Origin: an uncultured Chloroflexia bacterium
GTDB lineage: Bacteria > Chloroflexota > Limnocylindria > Limnocylindrales > CSP1-4
Assembly (NCBI GenBank): GCA_963768655.1
Contig: CAVYIM010000007.1
Span: 224,001-288,000 of the forward strand
Length of the DNA: 64,000 nucleotides
Direction: 5' to 3'
The position numbers were made by a program, and so were the translations under genes. Below, piece by piece: positions 10,652-20,377 of the stretch (the first letter of the stretch is position 1; each line of letters begins with the position of its first letter). The notes under the pieces are model-generated. The model was not told the DNA's origin and did no database searches. It was given only the letters and a program-made list of their open reading frames with translations.

Positions 10652-11214
10652 GGGAAGAGCGAGACCAGGTCGCCGGGGAGCAGAACCGCCAATACGTGAA
10701 CGATCGGCGGCGCCACGTTGGCCTGTATCGCGCTGGCGATCTGGGACTGATCCATGACCTGGTAGAGGCTCCGAAGCTGGTCGATCTCTCCCGGGAAAGG
10801 ATCCGGCAGTGTGTAGGAGCCAAGAATGATGACCACGATCGTCAGCACGATGAACGCTTCCAGAAGTCCAAGAAGGCCACCGACGACGTCGTCGATGACC
10901 GGGTGGGCCGCCGAGAGTTCGGTGCGCTTGTAGAAGCCCTGGATGAGCACTGAGAAACCGATGGTGAGGGCGCAGAACAAGATGCCGAAGGCCAGCAGGT
11001 GATCGTAGCCGGCGGGGTATTGCTGCCATTGCGCGGCCAGGTAGCCGCCGACGGGATCGCGCAGGTTTGCCGAGACGAGGAAGGCGAATACGATCGAGAT
11101 GATCCCCAGAATCCGCCGGATGGCTCCCTGCATCGCCCCGACGACGAATGCACCGAACAGGACGATCACGATCGCCAGATCGACCAGCGAACCGGACTGG
11201 ATCTCTCCGATCAT
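10648..11214 (-). CDS. cvpA: CvpA (colicin V production) family membrane protein
   Basis: D..IVIVLFGAFVVGAMQGAIRR, DDVVGGLLGLLEAF, about four TM helices; GGGAG SD before ATG 11214; upstream of mutS2 as is common. Confidence 0.8.
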   Translation of the reverse strand: MIGEIQSGSLVDLAIVIVLFGAFVVGAMQGAIRRILGIISIVFAFLVSANLRDPVGGYLAAQWQQYPAGYDHLLAFGILFCALTIGFSVLIQGFYKRTELSAAHPVIDDVVGGLLGLLEAFIVLTIVVIILGSYTLPDPFPGEIDQLRSLYQVMDQSQIASAIQANVAPPIVHVLAVLLPGDLVSLFP

Positions 11215-11269
11215 TGGTCTCCCTCGCATCCTCGAAACGGAGAAGAGGCTGGTTGACGCGAACGCGGCT

Positions 11270-11278
11270 AGGTTAGCA
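11270..11278 (-). promoter_or_regulatory. Extended -10 promoter element for cvpA-mpg-mutS2
   Basis: TGCTAACCT (TGn-TAnnnT) about 55 nt upstream of the cvpA ATG. Confidence 0.5.
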
Positions 11279-11405
11279 GCGCGCGCGCCACCGCGCCGCA
11301 CCTTACCAGTGCCCCGGCTCGCGCTTCAACTGGCAAAGCGTACGGGCGGGCACGTGACTTCAAGTGCGCCCGGCCGGCTATCACTGCCATATCGGCAACG
11401 AGAAC

Positions 11406-13907
11406 TCACATCCGGAGGTGGGCTCCGAGGTCGGTCTCGAGTCCTTTTCGAACCGCCCCTACGGCGGCGTCGACTTCCGCCTCCGTTAGAGTCCGGTCCT
11501 TCGCCCCCAGCACCAGCCGATAGGCCAGGCTCTTCTCATCGGCCGCCAGAGGCGTACCCCGGTACAGGTCGAAGAGGCGGACGCGGCGCAGGAGCGCGCC
11601 TCCGTGCTTTTGAATCGTGGCCTGAACCTCGGCGGCGGTGCGGGACTCGGCGACGATCACGGCCAGATCCCGTTCGACTTCCGGAAAGCGCGGAAGCGGC
11701 TCGACGTGTACGCGCAACGGAGCGGCGACGTCCAGCCCCGCGACGGCCACCTCGGCGACGATCACCCGCTGAGCGCGCAGGTCCCACGCCGCCGCCGCGT
11801 CCGGGTGCAGCTCCGCGACGCGGGCTGCGATCGCCTCGCCGCCGGACTCCTGCCGGGCCAGGAGCGCACGCCCGGGATGGAATGGGAAACCACGCGTGTC
11901 GGGCACGTACGAAGGCTCTGCGAGGCCCAGGCGACGGCACAGCAGCTCCAGGAGGCCCTTGGCGTCGTCGAGGTCGTACGGTCGAGCAGCGCGATTCCAG
12001 GCGGCAGGCTCCGCGGCGCCCGTCAGGAGGATCCCGAGACGAGTCCACTCACCCGGCCGCCCATCGACGCGCGCATAGCGCTTGCCGATCTCGAAGATGG
12101 CTACCTCCGAACGGCCCTGACGCTCATTCAGCGACAGCACGTCCAGCAGGCTGCCGGCCAGATGCCGGCGCAGGACGGAATGCTGGGCCGCAAGTGGGTT
12201 TGTAACGACGATTTCGTCCCCGGACTGGGCCGCCAGACCGGTGGGCAGAGCCGGTTCGCTGGCGTCATCGGGCCAGCGAAGTCGGGCTTCGTCCAGGGGC
12301 GAAACGAGGGCGTGCGTGACGACCTCGCTCACTCCGGCGCCGGCCAGAGTCTCGCGCACCAGCTCGCGCACCCGCAGGGGCGATGGCCGGTAGGCCGGCG
12401 TCAGCGTGTCCGGGAGATGGGCCGGCGTCGTCTCATACCCGCGCACGCGGGCAACCTCCTCGGCCAGGTCCATCTCGATGGCGAGGTCGCGGCGCCACGT
12501 CGGTACGATTGCGACCAGCGTCGGCTCTGAGCCCGGCTTGATGAGGAGCGGCTTCGGAGCCTCGGACACCAGGATGTGTGTGCCGGCCGGGGCCGGTTCC
12601 GTCTCGACGCCGACCCGGCGCAACAGATTGCGCTGTTCGGCGACGGAGATCTCGGTACCGAGCATCCTGCTGACGCGGGCCGGCCGGAAAGCGACCCGAA
12701 CAGCCGCCGGCTCCGTGGCCGCCGTGTCTACGCGACCCTTCGAGAGCGCCCCGCCTGCCCACGCAAGCGTCAGCTGTGCGACCCGATCCGCGCCGATTCG
12801 TGCGAGGCGGAACTCCTGGCCCTTCTCGAAGCGAAGGCTTGCCTCGGACCGGAGAGCGTACCGATGCCCCGTGCGACGAATGCTGACGGGGTCGAAGACG
12901 GCCGACTCGATCGCGATCTCAGTGGTCGCGTCCGTGATCTCACTGTCGAAGCCGCCCATGATCCCCGCGATCCCGATCGGACCGCTCGAGTCGGCGATGA
13001 TCAGCGTCTCCGGCGTCAGGACACGCTCGACATGGTCGAGGGTCTCCAGTCGCTCGCCTACGACCGCGCGTCGAACGATGATGGTGCCGTCCCTCACCGC
13101 AGCGCCGTTGAACGTGTGCGTCGGCTTGCCGAGTTCGAGCATGACGTAGTTCGATGCGTCGACGACGTTGCTGACCGGGCGCATGCCGGCGGCCTGGAGG
13201 CGCATCTGGGCCCAGTCCGGCGAGGGCCCGATCTTCGCCCCGCTCACCCATCGCCCGACGAAACGCGTGCACAACTCGGGCTCTCGGACCTCGACCCTCA
13301 GATGGTCCGAAACGGGACCGTCCGTCTCCTCGACGACGATCTCGGGCCAGCGGAGGCCGGCACCCGTCGCCGCCGATACCTCGCGCGCCAGGCCGATCAG
13401 GCATAGCGCGTCGCCGCGATTGGGTTTCACGTCCACGTCCAGAACCTCGTCGCCGTACAGCTCGCTCAGGTCACGGCCGAGTGGCGTCGCCGGTGGGAGG
13501 ATGAGGATTCCCTCCGCGTCACTGGTGATGTGGAGCTCGTCGCCGGAGCAGAGCATTCCCTCCGAGGCGATGCCCATCTTCTCGGTCCGCTCGATGCGGC
13601 GATCTCCCGGCAGGACGGCGCCGGGCAAGGCAACCGGCACACGCTGGCCGGGGGCGATGTTGTGTGCGCCACAGACGATGTGGAGCGGCTCGCCCGAGCC
13701 GATGGTGACCGTCGTGAGATGGAGGCGGTCGGCGAACGGGTGCTTCTCGACGGTCAACAGCTCGCCGACGACGACGGAGCGCCAGTCGGCGCCCCAGCGT
13801 TCGACGCCCTTGACCTCCATGCCGAGGAGAGTCAGGCGCTCGGCCAGCTGTTCGGGCGAGAGCTGGATGTCGACGTATTCGCGCAGCCAGCCAAGCGGGA
13901 CTCTCAT
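11406..13907 (-). CDS. pheT: Phenylalanine--tRNA ligase beta subunit
   Basis: MRVPLGWLREY start overlapping the pheS stop (ATGA), IVCGAHN, SEGMLCS, PNRGD, RFPEVERDLA, FDLYRG...KSLAY. Confidence 0.97.
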   Translation of the reverse strand: MRVPLGWLREYVDIQLSPEQLAERLTLLGMEVKGVERWGADWRSVVVGELLTVEKHPFADRLHLTTVTIGSGEPLHIVCGAHNIAPGQRVPVALPGAVLPGDRRIERTEKMGIASEGMLCSGDELHITSDAEGILILPPATPLGRDLSELYGDEVLDVDVKPNRGDALCLIGLAREVSAATGAGLRWPEIVVEETDGPVSDHLRVEVREPELCTRFVGRWVSGAKIGPSPDWAQMRLQAAGMRPVSNVVDASNYVMLELGKPTHTFNGAAVRDGTIIVRRAVVGERLETLDHVERVLTPETLIIADSSGPIGIAGIMGGFDSEITDATTEIAIESAVFDPVSIRRTGHRYALRSEASLRFEKGQEFRLARIGADRVAQLTLAWAGGALSKGRVDTAATEPAAVRVAFRPARVSRMLGTEISVAEQRNLLRRVGVETEPAPAGTHILVSEAPKPLLIKPGSEPTLVAIVPTWRRDLAIEMDLAEEVARVRGYETTPAHLPDTLTPAYRPSPLRVRELVRETLAGAGVSEVVTHALVSPLDEARLRWPDDASEPALPTGLAAQSGDEIVVTNPLAAQHSVLRRHLAGSLLDVLSLNERQGRSEVAIFEIGKRYARVDGRPGEWTRLGILLTGAAEPAAWNRAARPYDLDDAKGLLELLCRRLGLAEPSYVPDTRGFPFHPGRALLARQESGGEAIAARVAELHPDAAAAWDLRAQRVIVAEVAVAGLDVAAPLRVHVEPLPRFPEVERDLAVIVAESRTAAEVQATIQKHGGALLRRVRLFDLYRGTPLAADEKSLAYRLVLGAKDRTLTEAEVDAAVGAVRKGLETDLGAHLRM

Positions 13908-14941
13908 CGGAACTGCTCCAGGAAGCGCAGATCGTTCTCGAGGTAGTAGCGCAGGTCGGGCACGGCATGGCGCAGGTTGGCGATGCGCTCCACGCCCATG
14001 CCGAAGGCGAAGCCCTGGTATCGCTCGGGGTCGATACCGCCGTACTGGAGAACCACCGGGTGGACCATGCCGGCGCCCAGGATCGTCATCCAGCCCGTCC
14101 TCGAACAGGCCGGACAGCCGGCGCCGCCGCAGACGACGCACTCGACGTCGAACGCCGCCGACGGCTCCGTGAACGGGTAATATCCGGGCCGGAAGCGTGT
14201 CTTGCGCGGCCCGAAGAGAGCGTGGGCGAACTCGTCGAGCAGGCCCTTCAGGTCGGCCATCGAGGTGCCCTCGTCGACCATCAGCCCCTCGACCTGGAAG
14301 AACTCGAAGCCGTGGCTGGCGTCGACGGCCTCGTAACGGAAGCAGCGACCCGGCAGCAGCGCCCGAATTGGCGGTCGGGTCGACTGCATCACTCGGATCT
14401 GGCCCGGGCTGGTGTGGGTTCGCAACAGGTGCCCGGGGATGTCCACGTAGAGAGTGTCCCACAGGTCCCGAGCGGGATGGTCCGGCGCGATGTTGAGCAT
14501 CTGGAAGTTCGTCAGGTCGTCCTCGACCTCGGGGCCCTCATAGACGACGAACCCGAACTGCCCGAAAACCTCCGCGATGGCCGCGACCGTTTCGGGAATG
14601 GGATGGAGCGTGCCTCGCGGAACGGTCCGGCCCGGCAGCGTCACGTCCGCCTTCTCCGCCACGAGCCGTTGCGCCTGAACGCCGGCCCTCAGCTCGGCGC
14701 TGCGTTCGGCCAGGGCCGTCTTGACAGCCTCTCCGATCTCGTTGGCCACGGCGCCGACACGCGGCCGGTCTTCCGGCAGCAGCGCTCCGATGCCGCGCAG
14801 GACGGCCGTGAGCTCCCCCTTCTTGCCCAGGTACTGTATCTGCAGCTGTTCGAGCGCTGCGGGATCGGCCGCTTTCGCGATCTCAGCCAGGGCGCGATCC
14901 ATGAGGCGACGCAGGTCACCGCTCAGGCTGTCGAAGTCCAC
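13904..14941 (-). CDS. pheS: Phenylalanine--tRNA ligase alpha subunit
   Basis: YLGKKGEL, HPARDLWDT, LLRTHTSPGQIR, FFQVEGL, YYPFTEPS, GFAFGMGVER; GTG 14941 after GAGG. Confidence 0.97.
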   Translation of the reverse strand: MDFDSLSGDLRRLMDRALAEIAKAADPAALEQLQIQYLGKKGELTAVLRGIGALLPEDRPRVGAVANEIGEAVKTALAERSAELRAGVQAQRLVAEKADVTLPGRTVPRGTLHPIPETVAAIAEVFGQFGFVVYEGPEVEDDLTNFQMLNIAPDHPARDLWDTLYVDIPGHLLRTHTSPGQIRVMQSTRPPIRALLPGRCFRYEAVDASHGFEFFQVEGLMVDEGTSMADLKGLLDEFAHALFGPRKTRFRPGYYPFTEPSAAFDVECVVCGGAGCPACSRTGWMTILGAGMVHPVVLQYGGIDPERYQGFAFGMGVERIANLRHAVPDLRYYLENDLRFLEQFR

Positions 14942-15004
14942 GCCACGTTTCCTCGCTCTATCGCCGGGCCGGGTGGCTCGGCGTCGACATCGGTCGCTCC
15001 AGGA

Positions 15005-15279
15005 ATCCAGAACCCTCGACTGTCCGCATCCGTTCGAACACGGGGACGAGTCGAGGGCTCGCGGTACCACCCCGCTTCCCCGGTGGCCGGTGTGCCGCCA
15101 GGGCGCTTGTGGGCCCGATATCGGGGGACCGACCGGTCCGCCTACTCACTCGGACGCCTGTGCGTCGGAGCTTCAACGGACGGCTCTGGAGCGAACCGGC
15201 GAGATCGATCGCGGACGGGCTTCCAGTCGCCGACCCGTCCTCCCTGGGGGATCTGTCCTCGCCTCTTCTCCGTCCTCGC
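15005..15279 (-). ncRNA. T-box riboswitch (Phe) upstream of pheS
   Basis: T-box GGGGTGGTACCGCG at 15073-15060 with downstream CGTCCCC antiterminator partner; stem I with specifier TTC at 15195-15193 matching the Phe gene. Confidence 0.9.
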
Positions 15280-15319
15280 CTCTACTTCCTGTCAGCCGGC
15301 CGTCTCCGGCCGGCCCGGC

Positions 15320-15676
15320 TCAAGCCGGCGCCTTGCCGGCGGCAGCCACTACCTGTGCGAATGCCGAGGCGTCGCGAATGGCCAGATCGGCCAGGACCTT
15401 GCGGTCGAGGTCGATGTTCGCGGCCTTGAGACCGGCGATCAACTTGCCGTAGGTCGTGCCGTTCTGGCGAGCGGCCGCGTTGATGCGGATGATCCAGAGC
15501 TCGCGCATCTGGCGCTTGCGCTGCTTGCGGTCGCGGGTCGCGTACGCCAGCGCGTGCAGCATCGACTCATGGGCTCGCTTGACGAGCTTCGAGTTGGTGC
15601 CGGACCGGCCCTCGGCGTCGTTGAGAAGCCGCTTATGGCGGCGATGGGCGGTTACGCCTCGCTTGACGCGTGCCAT
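15320..15676 (-). CDS. rplT: 50S ribosomal protein L20
   Basis: [44 protein letters not shown]. Confidence 0.98.
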   Translation of the reverse strand: MARVKRGVTAHRRHKRLLNDAEGRSGTNSKLVKRAHESMLHALAYATRDRKQRKRQMRELWIIRINAAARQNGTTYGKLIAGLKAANIDLDRKVLADLAIRDASAFAQVVAAAGKAPA

Positions 15677-15682
15677 CGAAGA

Positions 15683-15886
15683 TCAGACTCCCAGGTACGG
15701 CAGCAGCCGGCGGATCTGGTCGAGAGACTCGCCGCTGACGAGCTCCTTGCCCTCATAGCGGCGCGTGCGCCGCGAGGACTTCAGTTCGAGGTGGTGTCCG
15801 CGCCACGACTTGACCCGGACCGCCTTGCCACTGCCGGTGACCCCAATCCGTTTCTGGGCCCCCTTGTGGCTCTTCATCTTGGGCAC
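15683..15886 (-). CDS. rpmI: 50S ribosomal protein L35
   Basis: MPKMKSHKGAQKR..VTGSGK, RRLLPY; between infC and rplT. Confidence 0.96.
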   Translation of the reverse strand: MPKMKSHKGAQKRIGVTGSGKAVRVKSWRGHHLELKSSRRTRRYEGKELVSGESLDQIRRLLPYLGV

Positions 15887-15887
15887 G

Positions 15888-16565
15888 TCAGTTCACCTTC
15901 CCGTTTGACGCCGCGCCGTCCTCCGGCTCGGGTCCGGGAGCCGCCGGTCTGTCCGGGGTCTCCACGCTAGATGTATCTTCGGCGTCCAGAGAGGACGCCC
16001 CGTCACCTGCGCCGGCGTGGCCTTTCGCCGCCGCTGTCGGCTCATGCGGCTTTGGCTTGTGGACCGAGGCCACGCTTATGTGCATCGATTTGCCTTCGAG
16101 CAGCGGAGGCCGCTCGACAACGCCGTGTTCCTTGATCTGCTCCGCGAACTTGTCCAGCAGATCGCGCCCGATCTGCGGGTGAGTCAGCTCGCGGCCGCGG
16201 AACTGGACCGCAACCTTGACCCTGTCGCCTTCTTCCAGAAACTCGATCGCGCGTCTGACCTTCGTATCGAAGTCGCCGGTGCCGATCTTCGGCTTCAGGC
16301 GGACTTCCTTGAACGTAACAGACCGCTGCCGCCGCTTGGCCTCCTTCTCACGCTTGGTCAGCTCGTACTTGTACTGACCGAAATCGAGGAGTCGCGCCAC
16401 GGGAGGACTGGCCAGTGGTGCGACCTCCACCAGGTCGAGCCCCCGCTCCTGCGCAAGCCTCAAGGCGTCGGCTGTTCGCATCACGCCAAGCTGGCTACCG
16501 TCTTCGTCGACAACCCGTACGTCGAACACACGGATCATCTGATTGATGCGCAGGTCTCGGCTGAT
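15888..16565 (-). CDS. infC: Translation initiation factor IF-3 (probable ATC start)
   Basis: RINQMIR, LDLVEVAP, LLDFGQYKYE, KEVRL.PKI, FRGRE; SD GAAGGGG then 6 nt then ATC at 16565. Confidence 0.96.
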   Translation of the reverse strand: MSRDLRINQMIRVFDVRVVDEDGSQLGVMRTADALRLAQERGLDLVEVAPLASPPVARLLDFGQYKYELTKREKEAKRRQRSVTFKEVRLKPKIGTGDFDTKVRRAIEFLEEGDRVKVAVQFRGRELTHPQIGRDLLDKFAEQIKEHGVVERPPLLEGKSMHISVASVHKPKPHEPTAAAKGHAGAGDGASSLDAEDTSSVETPDRPAAPGPEPEDGAASNGKVN

Positions 16566-16569
16566 GGCG

Positions 16570-16685
16570 AACCCCTTCTGTACGTGTTCCGGTTGCCGGC
16601 GACCGGGCCACTCTGCCCGGAGACAGGCGGACGCACAAACCCGGGGCACGGCTGCGCCGGGCTGTCGCCCGCGGGACTATAGCAC
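16570..16685 (-). promoter_or_regulatory. infC promoter (extended -10 TGCTATAGT) and roughly 100-nt GC-rich leader, candidate L20-responsive element
   Basis: TGCTATAGT at 16684-16676; leader position matches L20 autoregulatory leaders in other phyla, but no consensus match verified. Confidence 0.4.
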
Positions 16686-16802
16686 ACGGATTCCGGCACC
16701 GGCAAACGCGCGACCGACACGTTTCGCGCCGTTTCGCCGTCGTTTTCCGCGCGGTGTGTGATGATGCCCGCGTCACTCGCAAAGTGGATCTGAGGAGTGC
16801 TG

Positions 16803-17405
16803 ATGGGGCGGTCGATTCTGGCGTCTGCGCTGGCTCTGTTTCTGGTCGTGGCGACAATCGCCGGGTGCGGGACCACGACACCCACACCCACGCCATCCCC
16901 GAGCCCGAGCCCCAGTCCCACGCCCACTGCATCTGCGACGGCCACTCCGTCTCCGATCCTCTCCCCTACTCCGACCCCGTCGCCGACGCCCACCGTCAAC
17001 CCGAATGCCTCTCCGACTCCTCTGCCGACCGGTGGCCCGGGAGCGTACTACGCGGTCAACAACTACGAGCAGGACCTGCTTGCCGGAAACTACGCGAAGG
17101 CTTGGGCGCTCCTCAGCAAGAGCAGCCAGAGCATGGCCAAATGGGGCACGCTCGCCGGCTTCACGAAAGAGCGGGCTGCCTTCCTGGCCACTGCCGGCAC
17201 GGACTTCCAGGAAGAGTTGAGCCCTACCAACACGCTGACTCTGCGCCAGTGGATCGAGGGAGCCAACTGGATGTCGCAGATCGACCAGGCTCACGCCTAC
17301 CTGGTCAGCGTCAAGTGGACCTCAATCACAACGGCCTACGCGGGTTGGGAGATCTGGGTGGTCAATCCCACCAAGACCGGCTGGCTCCTGTACGAGGCTC
17401 ACTAG
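16803..17405 (+). CDS. Hypothetical lipoprotein with Pro/Thr/Ser linker and small C-terminal domain
   Basis: GAGGAG SD; signal peptide ending IAGC lipobox; PT/PS repeats; domain [20 protein letters not shown]...GWLLYE resembling NTF2-like folds (inference). Confidence 0.75.
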   Translation: MGRSILASALALFLVVATIAGCGTTTPTPTPSPSPSPSPTPTASATATPSPILSPTPTPSPTPTVNPNASPTPLPTGGPGAYYAVNNYEQDLLAGNYAKAWALLSKSSQSMAKWGTLAGFTKERAAFLATAGTDFQEELSPTNTLTLRQWIEGANWMSQIDQAHAYLVSVKWTSITTAYAGWEIWVVNPTKTGWLLYEAH

Positions 17406-17424
17406 CCAACCCTTCGGTCGTGAG

Positions 17425-19287
17425 TCATGGTCTGCGGGCGGCGGTTTCCTCGGTCAGTCGATCGATGAACGCGTCCCAGGCGACGCCGTTCTCCTGCTCG
17501 CCGGCGCGGTTTCGGATCGCGACCGTGCGCGCTTCCACTTCCCGATCTCCGAGCACGAGCATGTACGGCACCTTCTGCTCCTGGGCCAGCCTGATCTTGT
17601 TCTGCATCCGGCTGTCGGAGTCGTCGACCTCCACGCGCAGCTTTCGCCCCTTGAGGAGGCCCGCCAGGTCGCGGGCCGCCTCGACGTGCCGATCGGCGAT
17701 CGGGATCACCACGGCCTGTACCGGTGCGCACCACACCGGGAAGGCGCCCGCGAAATGCTCCACGAGCACGCCTATGAATCTCTCGAGCGAGCCGTAGATG
17801 GCCCGATGGATCGTCATCGGGCGGACGGCCTGGCCGTTCTCATCGATGTAGGTACAGTCGAATCGCTCGGGCAACATGACCAGATCGACCTGGATGGTGG
17901 CTGTCTGCCACTCCCGCCCCAACGCATCCTCGATCTGGATGTCGATCTTGGGGGCGTAGAACGCGCCGTCCTTCGGCTTGAGGCGGTACGGCTTGCCGAG
18001 CGAATCGAGAGCGGCCTTGATCTGCGCCTCTGCCGTCTCCCACAGGGCAGGGTCGCCGAGCGCCTTGTCGGGCCTGGTGCCGAAGGTGAACTTGGGCTCG
18101 AGGCCGAACCAGCCGTAGACCTCGTAGACCTCGCCCAACAGGGCCTTGATCTCGTCCTGGAGCTGGTCGGGCCGGAGGTAGATGTGGGCGTCGTCCTGGA
18201 CGAAATGGCGGACACGGGTAAGGCCCGAGAGCGTGCCCGATCGTTCGTTTCGATGCAGTCGGCCGAAGTCCGAGTAGCGGAGCGGCAGGTCGCGGTAGGA
18301 GCGCAGCTTGCTCCTGTAGATGAACGTGCTTTCGGGACAGTTCATCGGCTTGAGGCTGAAGGTCTGACCCTCGGACTCGAGGATGAACATGTTGTCCTTG
18401 TAGTTGGCCCAGTGCCCCGACTGCTCCCACAGCTTCTTGTGGACGAGAAGCGGCGTGCTGACCTCCTGGTAGCCGCGGCGGTCCTGGACCTCGCGAATGG
18501 CCGTTTCCAGCGTTCGCCAGAGTCGCTGACCCTTTGGGTGCCAGAAAGCCGACCCGGGGCTGACGTCGTGGAAGCTGAAGAGGTCGAGCTGGACACCGAG
18601 CCGGCGATGATCGCGCCGCTTTGCCTCCTCGCGGCGGTGAAGATAGGCCTCCAGCTCCCCCTGAGTCGGCCATACGGTGCCGTAGATGCGCTGCAGCATC
18701 GGCCGCTTCTCGGAGCCGCGCCAGTACGCGCCCGCCACGGTCATGAGCTTGAACGGGCCGATCTTGCCCGTGCTGGCGACGTGGGGGCCCTTGCAGAGAT
18801 CGATGAAGAGACCGTGCTGGTAGGTGGAGGTCGGAGGAAGCGGTGTGCCGGCCTCCGTGGATCGGGCGGCCAGGTCGTCTAGGATTTCGACCTTGAAGGG
18901 CTGCTCACGAGCTTCGAAGAAGGCGCGGCCTTCCTCGAACGGAATCTCCTTGCGGACGAAGGCGTTGTCGGCGGCGATCGAGGCACGCATCCCGCTCTCT
19001 ATTGCGGCGAGGTCGTCGGGGGTCAGGGGGCGAGGCAGCAGGAAGTCGTAGTAGAAGCCGTCTTCGATCGACGGCCCGATCCCGAGCTGAGCGTCCGGGA
19101 ACAGTGCCACGACCGCCTCGGCCATCACATGGGCCGCCGAATGGCGCATCGCGTCCAGATCGGAGTGGGCGCCGGCGTCGAGGAGTTCATCCACGGAGCC
19201 GCGGTCGACCGCGTCGAAGAACTCCTCTGGCTCTGCGGGCTCGGCTCCGCCCGACTGAGCCGCCTGGATCTCCTGATCGTTGCTCAT
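17425..19287 (-). CDS. thrS: Threonine--tRNA ligase
   Basis: RHSAAHVMA, DLCKGPH, AGAYWRG, RDHRRLG, KPMNCP, GLTRVR.F.QDDAH, HRAIYGSLERF. Confidence 0.97.
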   Translation of the reverse strand: MSNDQEIQAAQSGGAEPAEPEEFFDAVDRGSVDELLDAGAHSDLDAMRHSAAHVMAEAVVALFPDAQLGIGPSIEDGFYYDFLLPRPLTPDDLAAIESGMRASIAADNAFVRKEIPFEEGRAFFEAREQPFKVEILDDLAARSTEAGTPLPPTSTYQHGLFIDLCKGPHVASTGKIGPFKLMTVAGAYWRGSEKRPMLQRIYGTVWPTQGELEAYLHRREEAKRRDHRRLGVQLDLFSFHDVSPGSAFWHPKGQRLWRTLETAIREVQDRRGYQEVSTPLLVHKKLWEQSGHWANYKDNMFILESEGQTFSLKPMNCPESTFIYRSKLRSYRDLPLRYSDFGRLHRNERSGTLSGLTRVRHFVQDDAHIYLRPDQLQDEIKALLGEVYEVYGWFGLEPKFTFGTRPDKALGDPALWETAEAQIKAALDSLGKPYRLKPKDGAFYAPKIDIQIEDALGREWQTATIQVDLVMLPERFDCTYIDENGQAVRPMTIHRAIYGSLERFIGVLVEHFAGAFPVWCAPVQAVVIPIADRHVEAARDLAGLLKGRKLRVEVDDSDSRMQNKIRLAQEQKVPYMLVLGDREVEARTVAIRNRAGEQENGVAWDAFIDRLTEETAARRP

Positions 19288-19329
19288 CCTGTCAGCCCGC
19301 CTTTGCTATCAAACCGGCGTTAGCGATCG

Positions 19330-19580
19330 AAACACAAAGCCTCCCGTCCGACAGGACGAGAGGCTTCTCTCGCGGTTCCACCCGCCTTCGCGCCGCCCAC
19401 GGTCAATCCGCCGGCGCCGCGCGCTCATGCCGCTCTCACGGGCGGATCCCGGGCCGGTTCCCCGGCCGCTCACGGTTGGTGCCAGCGCCGGCGACGATCG
19501 TCATCGATCTCAGCGGTGGCGATGCCACCTCGACGACTCTCTTGGATCCTGCCGGCGAAGCGTGTCCCGCTCGTCGCTTT
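19330..19580 (-). ncRNA. T-box riboswitch (Thr) with intrinsic terminator upstream of thrS
   Basis: T-box GGGTGGAACCGCG (19383-19371); terminator AAGCCTCTCGTCC-TGTC-GGACGGGAGGCTT-TGTGTTT; AGAGAG and GCTGAG stem I motifs; specifier ACC at 19480-19478. Confidence 0.92.
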
Positions 19581-19619
19581 GGATATGCAGTTTCCGGGGC
19601 GCCGCCTGGGCAGCCTCGA

Positions 19620-19696
19620 TGGTGGGCGGTAGAGGACTTGAACCTCTGGCCTCATGCATGTCAAGCATGCGCTCTAACCAACTGAGCTAACCGCCC
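19620..19696 (-). tRNA. tRNA-Val (GAC)
   Basis: 77-nt cloverleaf GGGCGGT...ACCGCCC-A-CCA, anticodon arm CATGC-TTGACAT-GCATG, T-loop GGTTCAAGTCC. Confidence 0.97.
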
Positions 19697-19750
19697 GGGT
19701 GCGCGGCGGATCGTAGCACAGGCGGTCGCGGCGAGCGGGCCGAGTACTAA

Positions 19751-20263
19751 CTAAGGCAGCGCTTCAGATGCCAACACAGCCCTCGCCATTCGGCTTCCAC
19801 CGACTAACGGCCCAAGGAGTGCCGAAGCGGCCGCGAGCCACGTGATGAGCGTCCATTCGCCAAGAGGGTTCAGGAGAAGCAAGGCGAGGAGGGCCAGAGC
19901 CAGATAGGTTCCGTCGACACACAGAAGGAGGCCAAGCGCCGACCGCTTGAGCCAATTGACAACACCGATCAGGTCGCCTACGGCGATAGCCAACGCAGCC
20001 ACTGCAACCAAGGCCCACAGGCCATAGAAGAACACATCTACGCCGCAGGCATTTCCAGCCCCGAAGAACCACTCGACCGCATCAGCGATTGTGAGGTTCC
20101 CGGGTCCTGGTCGGCCGCACAGCTGTCCGGGCCCAGGGTCAACCGCGACACCGCCAGGAGTGACAAGTGCCCAGACAAGCACGCCGGCGACTAGCACGAG
20201 CGAGGCGATGGCGGCCATGTGGGATAGCGTCCCCAAGGCCCGCGCCGCTCGCAGCCACTTCAT
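19751..20263 (-). CDS. Orphan multi-pass membrane protein
   Basis: About four hydrophobic helices and a loop with two Cys; ATG 20263 after GGGGAGGG; visibly more A/T-rich than neighbours. Confidence 0.55.
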   Translation of the reverse strand: MKWLRAARALGTLSHMAAIASLVLVAGVLVWALVTPGGVAVDPGPGQLCGRPGPGNLTIADAVEWFFGAGNACGVDVFFYGLWALVAVAALAIAVGDLIGVVNWLKRSALGLLLCVDGTYLALALLALLLLNPLGEWTLITWLAAASALLGPLVGGSRMARAVLASEALP

Positions 20264-20377
20264 CTCAGGCGCCCTCCCCGTTCGTGCCGTCGACCTGCGA
20301 ACACAATAATCGACGGGCCTTCGCTCGCCCGATCCGTGCGTGAATTGGCGTCTGGCTACACCGCTCGGGGGCTCAAC

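Noticed and set aside
13908-14462. N-terminal extension of PheT (and similar extensions for cbiO, cbiM, MFS and mpg in the ORF track)
   Set aside because: These overlap upstream genes in another frame; true starts are set by conserved N-termini and stop-start overlaps
4168-17030. Hexamer repeats in the PBP and lipoprotein genes as CRISPR or VNTR arrays
   Set aside because: Imperfect in-frame Pro/Thr linkers with no repeat-spacer structure and no cas genes
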